Below are positions 1-9,592 of a stretch of 39,304 nucleotides of DNA, piece after piece. The position numbers and the translations under genes were made by a program. Position 1 is the first letter of the stretch; each line of letters opens with the position of its first letter. The notes below the pieces were generated by a model. It searched no databases and was not told the DNA's origin. It saw only the letters and a program-made list of their open reading frames with translations. This DNA comes from a virus (lineage: Duplodnaviria > Caudoviricetes), in IMG/VR virus record IMGVR_UViG_3300027419_000016, positions 1 through 39,304 of that record. One strand, given 5' to 3'.

Positions 1-127
1 ATTTCAGAGAGATCCCGAAGCTGTTGAGCATCGGCGTCCTGAAATGATTTCATCATGGGAATAATAAACTCAAAGCGTGCCAGCATTTCGCTCAGGCCAT
101 CAATCTTGCTCGCCCCGGTAGCCAAAT
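1..127. repeat. Terminal direct repeat, left copy (circular assembly overlap)
   Basis: 1-127 is identical to 39178-39304 and an ORF reads through the junction. Confidence 0.95.
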
Positions 128-395
128 CCTTGAGCATTTTAATGTCGGCATCAGTCTTTTTGAGTGTCTGTTCCATCGCTGCGAGTTGGCCTCGCAGTTG
201 GGCGTTCTCGGCCTTTAGCACATCCCTCTCTTTTTCGAGGGCGTTGACCGCATTCTGAAGACTCTGAATGGTATTAGCATCATAGTTTTGACGTTTTTTG
301 CGCCATTCCATGAAGATAAAGAAGATAATACCGACAATCACCGAAAGAAAGGCGAGAATCTGGGCGATGTCATTCAGAAAATCAAGTGATAACAT
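1..395 (-). CDS. Membrane-anchored coiled-coil protein of the lysis region, 5' part (172 aa in total; continues at 39054-39304)
   Basis: ATG at 395 gives MLSLDFLNDIAQILAFLSVIVGIIFFIFMEWRKKR..., one TM helix then heptads; in frame with ORF 39054..39302 across the overlap. Confidence 0.8.
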   Translation of the reverse strand, partial: MLSLDFLNDIAQILAFLSVIVGIIFFIFMEWRKKRQNYDANTIQSLQNAVNALEKERDVLKAENAQLRGQLAAMEQTLKKTDADIKMLKDLATGASKIDGLSEMLARFEFIIPMMKSFQDADAQQLRDLSE

Positions 396-403
396 CCCAC
401 CCC

Positions 404-1636
404 CTACGTCCGTCGTTTGCCTTTGGCGATCCAGTGAACCACGTCGCGCTCAGTATTGGCAACGTTCGCCACCAGATCTCGTGTTTGAATACTGAACTGG
501 GACGCGCTGAGTACGCGGACATCAACATTCGCTGTCCCCCGACCATCAGTATCTGATGGGCCTGTCGGATCAGATCCTGAGCTTCGCCCGCCGCAGATAG
601 CAACAACCGTATAGTTAGCATCATCGAATGGCTCAGGAAGCGTGATTGTTTTTTCTGTCGACATTTGAGAGCCACCAGGGTAGGCGGTAAACGTCACCCC
701 AAACTGTTCCTGAATATCGGTCTGTGTTGAATCGGTTGTGATAAGTTGGCGTTTATAGTGTTGTTTACCAGGTGAAAGGCGTCGCAGATCAGTTACGGTT
801 GTAACAGCTGTTCCGTCAGTTACGACTTTCGCAATTCGCATCTGTCCCGCAGCCAGAGATGGTTCACCAGCACCATTAGCCACTGCTGTATAGGTCAGAT
901 CATCGTTGCTTGTCGGTAGGTCAGCAGACGAGACATCAACATAGGTATCCTTAGACGCCGTGAACGTGTGATTGTAGTTCGGCTTCGTAATGACACGCCC
1001 GCCGACATACGCCCGCCCGCCTGTGAATGCTGAGACGAGGCTTGCGGAGGTGGCAAACGTGAAACCCGTCGCGACGAAATTATCGGCAATATCGGCGAGG
1101 AATCGTTCGGGGGTGCTTGTCTTGGGTCGTTGGTCAGTGATATTCGCATCGACAATCGTGGCAAAACCATTCGCTACAGCGACTTTGGCAATCCGAACAA
1201 ACGGCACACCTGCCCCGAGGGCTGTCACGATATTCGCATCTGTCGGTTCGACAGGTGTGGCAGCGGGTGTCCCTTGAACATCGGCAAATTTCAATGCGCC
1301 CTGGTTATTGGGTGTGCCGAATGCCGTGGTATCGACATAGGCAACAACAATATCAATCCGCGGATTGCCCGAAGCATTCGCTGCAATGGTGACGGTAGTG
1401 GCAGCATCCAACCAACCACGATACATTTCCCGTTGTTGATTAGCCGTCGGGCTGTCATATCCGATAACAATATCGCCAGCCGCTACCTTTACAGTATTGT
1501 CAGGGGTATCGTTTTCTGTCGGTTCGAGATCAGCGTCACCAAGTACACCATCATTGGTAAACAGTGGAGCAGATGCGCGGGCAATCCCGGCATCATTCGT
1601 TTCACCTCCGTCGAGAAATGCGACAAAAGTACTCAT
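404..1636 (-). CDS. Tail fibre / receptor-binding minor tail protein
   Basis: Last gene of the tail module; NPRIDIVVAYVD baseplate-type N-terminus; C-terminal TLPEPF...VHWIAKG motif typical of fibre tips. Confidence 0.7.
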   Translation of the reverse strand: MSTFVAFLDGGETNDAGIARASAPLFTNDGVLGDADLEPTENDTPDNTVKVAAGDIVIGYDSPTANQQREMYRGWLDAATTVTIAANASGNPRIDIVVAYVDTTAFGTPNNQGALKFADVQGTPAATPVEPTDANIVTALGAGVPFVRIAKVAVANGFATIVDANITDQRPKTSTPERFLADIADNFVATGFTFATSASLVSAFTGGRAYVGGRVITKPNYNHTFTASKDTYVDVSSADLPTSNDDLTYTAVANGAGEPSLAAGQMRIAKVVTDGTAVTTVTDLRRLSPGKQHYKRQLITTDSTQTDIQEQFGVTFTAYPGGSQMSTEKTITLPEPFDDANYTVVAICGGRSSGSDPTGPSDTDGRGTANVDVRVLSASQFSIQTRDLVANVANTERDVVHWIAKGKRRT

Positions 1637-1869
1637 GCTTTCTCCTTTTTGATCTTGACAAGTTTTTTACCAGACACCTTAAATGTACCAGGATTTTTCT
1701 GTGCTGCCGAAAATGTTGCATCGTCAACCTCAATATCTAACTCTTCGGCAATCTGTCGTTCACCAGTCAGTTGGGAAATGTTGACAACCTCAATTTTGAC
1801 ACCTTTTGCAATTTCAGCAAAAGCTAGTCGTCCATCGGGATACTGAAATACTTTCTTATGCATCGTCAT
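1633..1869 (-). CDS. Small tail-module protein
   Basis: Overlaps both neighbours by 4 nt. Confidence 0.6.
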   Translation of the reverse strand: MTMHKKVFQYPDGRLAFAEIAKGVKIEVVNISQLTGERQIAEELDIEVDDATFSAAQKNPGTFKVSGKKLVKIKKEKA

Positions 1870-2303
1870 GATGTATACACAAAACCTCGGAATGTTTGCT
1901 GCCAGATGGCATCAATTCCACTACCACTACCATTATAAAATGCCTGTTGGTACTTCAAGTTTTTGCCATCAGATAATCCACTAGATAGCCATGTTTCGTA
2001 GCGAACTGTTCCAATCATTCCTGACCAATTGGAACCTGTTGGATACAAGCCCGCCCCACTGACTGCGGTATGATACAGGTCACTCTCTAGGGTTCCCAAC
2101 AATGTTTGATTAAATAATGGAGTGAGCGTGGTGGTCACGATAGTCATTGTAGAGTTCGGGACGTTTTCGGAAAAGGTCGTCAGTCCGAGCCGTTCGATGG
2201 TTGGTGGTTGAAGAAACTTCTGATCGTCCAATTCACGGCGGAGTTTCCGAATCTCCTCCATGAAATAATTATCTCGATCATTGAAAATTGGATTTGTGCT
2301 CAT
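1866..2303 (-). CDS. Minor tail protein
   Basis: Follows the hub gene; short N-terminal coiled coil then beta-rich domain. Confidence 0.6.
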   Translation of the reverse strand: MSTNPIFNDRDNYFMEEIRKLRRELDDQKFLQPPTIERLGLTTFSENVPNSTMTIVTTTLTPLFNQTLLGTLESDLYHTAVSGAGLYPTGSNWSGMIGTVRYETWLSSGLSDGKNLKYQQAFYNGSGSGIDAIWQQTFRGFVYTS

Positions 2304-3371
2304 TTATCTACTCAATTTCAACTGTACGATCTCATGTCCATCCCGGTCAATTGTGAGAATCATCTCCTCGATGCGATACTGACCGTTAACCTTTGATAGA
2401 GTTTTCAGGTATTCCGTGACGGAAACCTGGACTGTATCACCAATGTTATAAGTACCGAATCTTGGGCTAATATCACCATCAACTACGATGGATGGCATAT
2501 AAATAAACGACTTTCCGAGACGCAATGCCTCATCCGCACTCTCCAGTAGTTCAGTCTCTGTCCCGACACCAGGTTTGTTAACCGATAACTGACGCAGTTT
2601 ATAGGCAGCCCGGGATGAGGTATCGACTGCTGTTTGGTTCAGAACATCATTACCGCTGCCTGCACCCAAGGCCGTGACCTCATTGGCCATTTGAAACCCA
2701 TCCACCGGAAAACGGATCTTGCGGATGTTTCCTGGATAGGTGAACACAATATCCTCACGGACTTGACCGATCCGTGGATAATAGACGTTAAAGACCTTTT
2801 CAGGGGTGATCTCAAAGTCAAAGCCGTTGATAACCTCACTCAATTCGATGATTGCGTCCCGGATATTCTTCTTGGGCGGATAACTGCGATCCCGATTAAC
2901 GCTGGCCTGGATTGTCCCCTGCGTAATACCAAAATCGCCATCGGTGAGGTTCTGGGACGTATTGATAAGGTCCCAGGCAATTTGGCCTGCGTCTGTTGCA
3001 GTATAGCTCTGAGTAATCCCTGTTAATCGTTGACTGAATAGTTCCAACCAGCCGATGGCTTGAATACGAATGGTTGGTTGGGAATCGGCTACCTGTGGCT
3101 CCGCAAACTTCAGTTCACCAGCTGATAGTAAGACATTATCCCGATAAAGCCGGATGTGACTTCGGTTGACAGCTAAGATATCGGTCAACAAATCCATATT
3201 CGACTTGATGGCAAGTTTTTCAGCCTCCCAGAGATTGAGGGATAAATCGAGAAGATCAGCCCGATTCCGACGACGAATCAACATCCGATCTGACGCACGA
3301 GTCGTTAATTCAGCCACCCGTTCATCCAGATAGTTGAAGACTTCAATTCGGTATCGACTGACTGGATTCAT
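2304..3371 (-). CDS. Baseplate hub / Tal-like protein (ReqiPepy6 gp37-like)
   Basis: Follows Dit; motifs GFDFEI, ANEVTALGAG, YNIGDTVQV. Confidence 0.75.
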   Translation of the reverse strand: MNPVSRYRIEVFNYLDERVAELTTRASDRMLIRRRNRADLLDLSLNLWEAEKLAIKSNMDLLTDILAVNRSHIRLYRDNVLLSAGELKFAEPQVADSQPTIRIQAIGWLELFSQRLTGITQSYTATDAGQIAWDLINTSQNLTDGDFGITQGTIQASVNRDRSYPPKKNIRDAIIELSEVINGFDFEITPEKVFNVYYPRIGQVREDIVFTYPGNIRKIRFPVDGFQMANEVTALGAGSGNDVLNQTAVDTSSRAAYKLRQLSVNKPGVGTETELLESADEALRLGKSFIYMPSIVVDGDISPRFGTYNIGDTVQVSVTEYLKTLSKVNGQYRIEEMILTIDRDGHEIVQLKLSR

Positions 3372-4232
3372 TTAGACTCCGTAATAGGTATGCCGATGAA
3401 CGACCGTCGCTGTGCCCGATTCCCCGACCGAGTTGGTACGGAGTTGGATAACGTTTGCACCAGGATCGAGCCACCACCACTGACTATCATCGGTTTTTTT
3501 ACTGAGACGATTAGTTACCCCGCCTTGGATAATGGTTTTGTTGAGCATATCGATCTCAATTGTTTGGCCAGCCGGGAGGGTGTAGTTCAATTCAATGTAT
3601 CGCCCCAAAGTTGTATTGATGATTCGAGGATTAGTGAGTGGGCCAGTCAAGGTAATCACAGGGAATGCTGGCGCATCACCATTATTCGTAACAGTTGCTG
3701 ATCCACCGATCCCGGCATCAAAGACGATTGGTAACGTGACAGGTAGAGTAAAACCACCACCTGAGAGGACATTGATATTTGTGGTAACAGCTGTGAAGGT
3801 TTCGACATAAGGGGTATCGGCCTCAAACGTCAAAATAAACGATGAATTACGGATGTTGGCAATCGGCATGATCGGTCGTCTGGTTTGACCAGTGACTCGA
3901 TACTCAACATTATCCATCGCCGTAAATCGGAGGATTTTTTGGACTAGCTGACCGTTGGCGTCCTTTTCAGGCGCACAAGCAGCAATGAGTGCCCGACGTT
4001 GAGTGACTAAATCACTTTCGCTGGCGACACTGTTGATCTTTCCACGCATGGTAATTGGCCGTTGGCCGAGGAATTGTTGTGGAATATATACTCCATCCTC
4101 ACCTGACCGATCAAATACCTGTGTTCGATCCTGGGCCATATCCAGACCATCAATCGGCTGTAAAACAAAAAACTTGAGGGTCGCATCAGCAATATCATGA
4201 ATCTTTAATCCATTTACATAGATAACTTTCAT
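3372..4232 (-). CDS. Distal tail protein (Dit)
   Basis: Directly after tape measure; NNGDAPAFPVITLTGPLTNPRI and WWWLDPGANVI motifs. Confidence 0.85.
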   Translation of the reverse strand: MKVIYVNGLKIHDIADATLKFFVLQPIDGLDMAQDRTQVFDRSGEDGVYIPQQFLGQRPITMRGKINSVASESDLVTQRRALIAACAPEKDANGQLVQKILRFTAMDNVEYRVTGQTRRPIMPIANIRNSSFILTFEADTPYVETFTAVTTNINVLSGGGFTLPVTLPIVFDAGIGGSATVTNNGDAPAFPVITLTGPLTNPRIINTTLGRYIELNYTLPAGQTIEIDMLNKTIIQGGVTNRLSKKTDDSQWWWLDPGANVIQLRTNSVGESGTATVVHRHTYYGV

Positions 4233-6472
4233 CGTACCCCCAACTGGAAGGCTTGCTCCCGGGCCATGATGAGCGGATCACTTTCGCTGTAGAAATAGTT
4301 GGTATTGTTGATCGTCACCTGCCCGCCCATCCCGGCTGTCAGTTGCTCATTTGGGATGACAACCCCTGCCCGTTTCGGAACCATAATCTCCGGCCCACGT
4401 TCCCCGACAATCATCGGCTTACCCGCATCAAATTCACCGCCATCGGCGAAGGGACTGATATAGCCAGGGGATTTCGTATAGGCAAAGTAGTCATCAACTG
4501 GCGTGGTAATACCTGCCGTTTTTAACAGTCTGGCAGCCATATCTTTATCACCTGCCATATATTTATCCTCAGCCTTAGCCCGAAGTTTTTGATTCATTTG
4601 TAGACTTTCAAGTTTTGATGTACCAGCCGCGGCCCAGTCACCCACAGCACCAATGGATTCCTTTAGATTTTTCATGGTGAATGTCTTGGCAATAATACTT
4701 TTTGCCTCGTCAATCATTTCTCGGACAACCTGCATAAAGGCATCCTTAAGGGATGACCCCATCATCATGCCGATTGTTTCCCCAGTGCCACTGAGGGCAT
4801 CAATTTGGCTTTCGTATGCCTGGGTGACACCACTCGTCGTTTCCCGAACTTTGCTAAGAACATTAACCCGTTGAGCTTCATACTCAGTCATTTGTTCACC
4901 ATGGGAACGACGGAGTAGTTCAATCTCGTCAAGGAGTTGGACACCTTTGATCTCCGTGATGGCGTCATTATGACGCTGTAAAAACTCTCGTTCCCGGGCT
5001 AATTCGGCCTCCAGTGCAGCAGTTTTTGCATCTTGTTCCCGTTTGGCATTCTCGGTGTCAACCTTATAGTCCTCATCCATTTGCGCAAAATGACGAGTGA
5101 AATCCTCATTTTCCCGGGCCAAACGAAGCCGGAGATCTGCGAGTCGTTTTTCATCAGCTGATTTACCTTTGGCAGTTTCCTCATCAATCTGGGCCTGAAT
5201 ATCCTTGACTTTCCGATCATGATCAATCGTCATCTCTTCCTGGCGACGTTTGAAGGTTAGGGCACGATCTTTGTTGCTTTCCTCAAAATCACCCTTTTCC
5301 TCAGCAATTTGAGCTTCCAATTGACGAACTTTGTCCTGGTGGTCAGTAACGATTTTCGCAAGTGATTCACGAAAGTTTCGCTGAGTTTGGCGCATTTGTT
5401 CATCGATTTTAGCGATCTGTTTCGCTGTATCACTTGCCTGTTTCCCGACACCACCACTAAGGTTTTTCTTGGCGTCATTGGCCATTTGTTTTGTATCACT
5501 TGCCACTGTCCCAGCAGTCGCCGTCATCTTGTCCTGGAGTCGATTCATGGCATTAAAGACCACCCCGCCGACCACAGCACTCAATGCGAGAAGAACAATC
5601 GTCACCGGCGCAGCAGCAGCCTGAACAAGCAAGATCGCACTCCGCAATCCGACAAGCGTTGCAGCAAAGGCCGTCGCTGCCCCACCTGCAATAATAAGGC
5701 TCGTGATGAGCTTCGGGTTTTCCTGAAGCCAATTGACTGTGTTTTGAATGAGTGGTTGATAGCCGACCCGTAGAATGTCACCCAGGCGGGCCTTGAGGTT
5801 GAACAATATGGTATCGAGTCGGGCTTGTTGGCCCCCAAGTGTTTGCGATAGTCGGGCAGCGTCCCCAGCATGAATTGAACCCTCACGAAGCAATCCATTA
5901 AGGAGTTTTTGGCGAACAGCTGTATCACTGGTTACCAAGCCGAGATCTTTGACTGATAACCCTTGCTCTTGCAAGATGTTTGATAGGTTTTTGGAGATAC
6001 CAACATTGTCAACCATGATCGAGTTTTGGTTTTTGATACCGATGGTTGCACCAACAATGGCCTCACCAAAAGCCAGCGTTCCCTGGCGGTTAAATGAGGC
6101 AGCATCCTTAAATGTATTCATCAGTTGAATCGCCTCCGGCAAGGCAAAGCCAGTCGCCAGAAGGTTCTTAAGTGCAGTTGCTGATTCTGCCACGGACATA
6201 AGGCCGTCTGAGGCGAGTTCCTTGGCTGCCTGAGTGGTTGCACCAACATCCTGATCGAAGGCCCGAGCAACAGTCGCAACCCCGATCATTGAGTTTTCAA
6301 ACTTGATCGATGCCTGAATTGCGCTGTTAATACCATCCTTAAGTTTCGTTAAAGCAACCGATGAGCCAATGATTTGACCGAGACGGTTAATGCCATCGGC
6401 AACGCTGTTGGTCGCAGCCCTTGTCGAATCCTTGCCTTTGATATTAACGACTAATTCAGTCTCATTGGCCAT
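4229..6472 (-). CDS. Tape measure protein
   Basis: 747 aa Ala-rich helical protein with hydrophobic segments, coiled coil and C-terminal FADGG...VGERGPE motif. Confidence 0.9.
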   Translation of the reverse strand: MANETELVVNIKGKDSTRAATNSVADGINRLGQIIGSSVALTKLKDGINSAIQASIKFENSMIGVATVARAFDQDVGATTQAAKELASDGLMSVAESATALKNLLATGFALPEAIQLMNTFKDAASFNRQGTLAFGEAIVGATIGIKNQNSIMVDNVGISKNLSNILQEQGLSVKDLGLVTSDTAVRQKLLNGLLREGSIHAGDAARLSQTLGGQQARLDTILFNLKARLGDILRVGYQPLIQNTVNWLQENPKLITSLIIAGGAATAFAATLVGLRSAILLVQAAAAPVTIVLLALSAVVGGVVFNAMNRLQDKMTATAGTVASDTKQMANDAKKNLSGGVGKQASDTAKQIAKIDEQMRQTQRNFRESLAKIVTDHQDKVRQLEAQIAEEKGDFEESNKDRALTFKRRQEEMTIDHDRKVKDIQAQIDEETAKGKSADEKRLADLRLRLARENEDFTRHFAQMDEDYKVDTENAKREQDAKTAALEAELAREREFLQRHNDAITEIKGVQLLDEIELLRRSHGEQMTEYEAQRVNVLSKVRETTSGVTQAYESQIDALSGTGETIGMMMGSSLKDAFMQVVREMIDEAKSIIAKTFTMKNLKESIGAVGDWAAAGTSKLESLQMNQKLRAKAEDKYMAGDKDMAARLLKTAGITTPVDDYFAYTKSPGYISPFADGGEFDAGKPMIVGERGPEIMVPKRAGVVIPNEQLTAGMGGQVTINNTNYFYSESDPLIMAREQAFQLGVR

Positions 6473-6486
6473 TTAGTCCGTCCACA

Positions 6487-6810
6487 CTATGTCTTTGATT
6501 GCTCTTTCTGTTTTGGCTTCTTCTCCTCAGTGAAGGCAGTGAGGGCATAATTGAGAAGCACATTGCCATCATCCTTAGATAATTTGCCGAGGTTCTCCCG
6601 GGTGATTGGTAGCACGTTACCGTCGTCATCTGTCAGATCCCATGATTTGGCAATGGACATGACCCCGAAATATCCACGTTCAGTCGCTGATTCAATATCG
6701 AGCACATCCATCTCTGACTGAAACGTCCGCTTAATCAGGACGACGACCTTGATATTTGAATCCGGCAAAGTAATGGTTTTTGTTTTCGATAGTTCACTAA
6801 GTTTTGGCAT
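6487..6810 (-). CDS. Tail assembly chaperone, short (G-like)
   Basis: Between tube and tape measure; WDLTDDDGNVLPITRENL motif. Confidence 0.7.
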   Translation of the reverse strand: MPKLSELSKTKTITLPDSNIKVVVLIKRTFQSEMDVLDIESATERGYFGVMSIAKSWDLTDDDGNVLPITRENLGKLSKDDGNVLLNYALTAFTEEKKPKQKEQSKT

Positions 6811-7287
6811 TTATTCCTCCGTCTTACGTAGTAACTGGTTCTCTAGGTTCATATATTCAATATCCTGGACAATTACTGCAATCGGTGTCGCGAGAAGTTC
6901 TTGCCATGACAAGCCGAACTTGCGTCGATACACATACAGTAAGTAACTCACAGGAGGATCTTCATCGGCAGATCGGCCATCTCGCATCGCTGATAGGTAG
7001 ATGATGAGCCGTTTTCGGTCTTCAACCGGAAACTCCTGGCGAGTTTTGAGATGACTGGCGATATAATGCACGTCCTCCGCTGGTAATTCCCCTACTGTTT
7101 CAGTAGTGATTGGCAGGGGGTTACCAGCATCGTCAGTGAGATTCCAGTCGGCAATGGCTGCCGTGGCCTTTTCTATCAGTGTCGGGGTAAGGCTCAGCGA
7201 TGGCCCGAGTGGTACGAGTGTCTTAATTGTGACGTAGGCTCGCTGAGCTTCTTTAAGATTAGCTGTCGATGGTAACAGCAACCGCAT
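6811..7287 (-). CDS. Tail assembly chaperone, long (GT-like paralog)
   Basis: WNLTDDAGNPLPITTETV motif shared with the neighbour, plus a C-terminal FGLSWQELLATP extension. Confidence 0.65.
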   Translation of the reverse strand: MRLLLPSTANLKEAQRAYVTIKTLVPLGPSLSLTPTLIEKATAAIADWNLTDDAGNPLPITTETVGELPAEDVHYIASHLKTRQEFPVEDRKRLIIYLSAMRDGRSADEDPPVSYLLYVYRRKFGLSWQELLATPIAVIVQDIEYMNLENQLLRKTEE

Positions 7288-7289
7288 GA

Positions 7290-8474
7290 CTAGATCGTTG
7301 CTAGGTTGTTAATGACCTTTACGTCCACTCCCTGAGCGTCTGAGGAGTCATACGTTGGCGCCCAATCAAGCTCCTGGTAGATAATCCCGCCAGATTCAAC
7401 TGGTGGATGACCACCCGCTCGGGCTTTCATGTTGTTAATCGTAATGCGGAGTTCATACGTACTACCTTCACTGAAGTGCCGGATAACCACCGCCCGCTTT
7501 GTCCGAGCGTTAAAGCGATTCAGATCATCAACGGTGTCGAAAAATAACTTCGAGTTAAATTCAGCATCCCCTTGGAGGCGGACCAATGCAGCCGGATCAA
7601 GCGCACCAGACCGCATCGCACCATCCTCTGACTCAAATGGATGAAGGATCTTCCACATCGAACCCTTCTCATGGCGAGTCTGAGCAGCAGACAGAGCAGC
7701 AGCAGCCGTCGCACCATAGCGGAATTCGGTTGCTGACCAGAGGAACGGACTCTTCATGGTGAAGGACGGGGACGCAGGGCGAAGCGTGATGAAATCAGCA
7801 GCAGCCCCGGAAGTGACATCCGTCGTAGTGGTAATACTGGTTGCATCAACAATTGACGCAACAGCAAAGTTGACAGTCGAACCATCAGCCTTAAACAAGG
7901 TCATAATATCACCGACCACCAAACCATCAGTTGGGGATGGGTCATAGTCAGTTTTCAACACGATGGTGTAGGGGTTCGTGCCAGTTGGGGTGCCTGACAA
8001 TTCCCGCACTGAAAAACTCTTGAGGGCCGAAACCTTGAGATTCAACACCATCTTGTTCTCCTCAAAAGTCGGTGAGATTTCTGAGGCCTCGACACCAATG
8101 TAGCGGAAGACCATCGCCCCCTTAGCAATATCGACGGTGTAAGCATTCGGATCGGTCGTGGCCGAGAGAGTGAATGGATGGGTATATGGGCCACCACCGG
8201 ATGGTGCGCCTTTAGTCAAAACCATGTCAAACAGTTTGGCAGCCGTATTGGGTTCGGCATAGACAGAAATTTCCCCCTTATGTGATCGCTGCCCCTGAAG
8301 GACTTGGTGACGGAGGAACTTGTGGCCGACAATCGGATTATCCTCATCAAGATTGATGTTGGTCGTGAGATTTTCACGATAGAGGGGAATGTAGTCGTTT
8401 GGTGTAACAGCAGCAGGCTTCGTCGCCTGAACCTTGAGGGCAAAATACCCTTTATTTGCAATGCGTTCGGCCAT
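7290..8474 (-). CDS. Major tail tube protein with inserted beta domain
   Basis: Position after head-tail genes; tube-like N- and C-termini; central Thr-rich insertion. Confidence 0.8.
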   Translation of the reverse strand: MAERIANKGYFALKVQATKPAAVTPNDYIPLYRENLTTNINLDEDNPIVGHKFLRHQVLQGQRSHKGEISVYAEPNTAAKLFDMVLTKGAPSGGGPYTHPFTLSATTDPNAYTVDIAKGAMVFRYIGVEASEISPTFEENKMVLNLKVSALKSFSVRELSGTPTGTNPYTIVLKTDYDPSPTDGLVVGDIMTLFKADGSTVNFAVASIVDATSITTTTDVTSGAAADFITLRPASPSFTMKSPFLWSATEFRYGATAAAALSAAQTRHEKGSMWKILHPFESEDGAMRSGALDPAALVRLQGDAEFNSKLFFDTVDDLNRFNARTKRAVVIRHFSEGSTYELRITINNMKARAGGHPPVESGGIIYQELDWAPTYDSSDAQGVDVKVINNLATI

Positions 8475-8638
8475 TATTGCTCCTTACCTTCCTTTGTCTT
8501 CTTTGGCTCCTTTTCTGTCACCAACTCAAGATTTGGGTTATCAATTTCGACCGCAGAGACAAAGGTGTCCTGTGGTGCAATGATCCCAACATTGGTAATA
8601 ACGAGTTCGTGGTCAGTCATGTTTTTATAGCGGAACAT
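8474..8638 (-). CDS. Small hypothetical protein (54 aa, absent from ORF track)
   Basis: AGGAG RBS; MFRYKNMTDHELVITNVGII...KEQ; TAATG overlap with the tube gene. Confidence 0.7.
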   Translation of the reverse strand: MFRYKNMTDHELVITNVGIIAPQDTFVSAVEIDNPNLELVTEKEPKKTKEGKEQ

Positions 8639-8649
8639 TCTGCTCCTTC

Positions 8650-9141
8650 CTATGTTCGATTACTTACCGTCAATATATCACTTATTGTCACAATGATGTT
8701 AGCCTCGGCCGTTAAAACATCCTGCGGTCGGGGGGTAACCCCATAATCAACATTCACTATCTGATTATTCACGAGATTGCCCAATGTAAAATTTCGGCGT
8801 AGTACGCCCAGCACAGTATGATCATCATATTCACCAGTTGTTTCGTTGAGGCCCTCGGTAAAATCCTCAAGTCGCCGTTGGGTATTCGCCTCATCGGGCA
8901 TTTTTCCGAAATCGTCTTTTTTATTGAACACGACCTTCACATTGATTCGGTGAGCACGTTCATCGGTTCCGGTTGGGCCAACCTCGACTGTCAGGTTCTC
9001 TTTTTCAACGATAATACAGGGCAACAGCGATTGAGCGATCTGTACTGGATCACCATTAAAATAGGCCCGCATAACATCCCCAAGGTTATCCTTGAGGGTG
9101 CGAATAATAACCTCTGAAAAACTTTCCTTAAAATCAGCCAA
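8650..9141 (-). CDS. Tail terminator / completion-like protein
   Basis: Position before the tube gene; LPCIIV motif; likely TTG start at 9141 after AGGAGG. Confidence 0.6.
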   Translation of the reverse strand: MADFKESFSEVIIRTLKDNLGDVMRAYFNGDPVQIAQSLLPCIIVEKENLTVEVGPTGTDERAHRINVKVVFNKKDDFGKMPDEANTQRRLEDFTEGLNETTGEYDDHTVLGVLRRNFTLGNLVNNQIVNVDYGVTPRPQDVLTAEANIIVTISDILTVSNRT

Positions 9142-9592
9142 TGGCCCTCCTGACCTTATCTCGCATACTGCGTTCAAAGATATGAATAATCGCTTGACGG
9201 CGTGCCTCATCAATCTTCATCATGACCCGCCGTGGCATCCGTTCCCGGCCTAACTGATGTTTCAAAAAATACGGTGTTGGGTTCCATAAACGCATATAAT
9301 CACCCGTGTAATTGAATCGAAAATTACCACGCATGGTTCCACTGCGTTCCAACGTCCCCCGACCAGGAAAATGAACCTGCTTCCATGCCTGATAGGCTGG
9401 ATTGAGCGGAGCCCATGGTTCACCAATGATCTGGCCTTCAGTGGCAAAAACATTAGTTTGGATGAAGTTTCGCATGTAGGTGCCAGTATCCTTCAACTCA
9501 CGACTGAAATCAGACAGGTTGATACCTAACTGTCTGAGTGTTCGGAACGTCTCAGGTGTTCCCTCAAGTTCAATCGTGAGTGATAACATCAA
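9134..9592 (-). CDS. Virion morphogenesis protein (Mu gpG-like)
   Basis: FATEG...WAPL, L.RSG.M and HQLG...MPRR motifs. Confidence 0.8.
   Translation of the reverse strand: MMLSLTIELEGTPETFRTLRQLGINLSDFSRELKDTGTYMRNFIQTNVFATEGQIIGEPWAPLNPAYQAWKQVHFPGRGTLERSGTMRGNFRFNYTGDYMRLWNPTPYFLKHQLGRERMPRRVMMKIDEARRQAIIHIFERSMRDKVRRAIG

Noticed and set aside
1-127. Biological terminal repeat
   Set aside because: 127 nt is a common assembler k-mer size and the repeat falls inside a gene, so it is best read as a circularity artefact
6473-6520. Programmed -1 frameshift at the end of the chaperone gene
   Set aside because: No clear slippery heptamer and only 14 nt before the tape measure start
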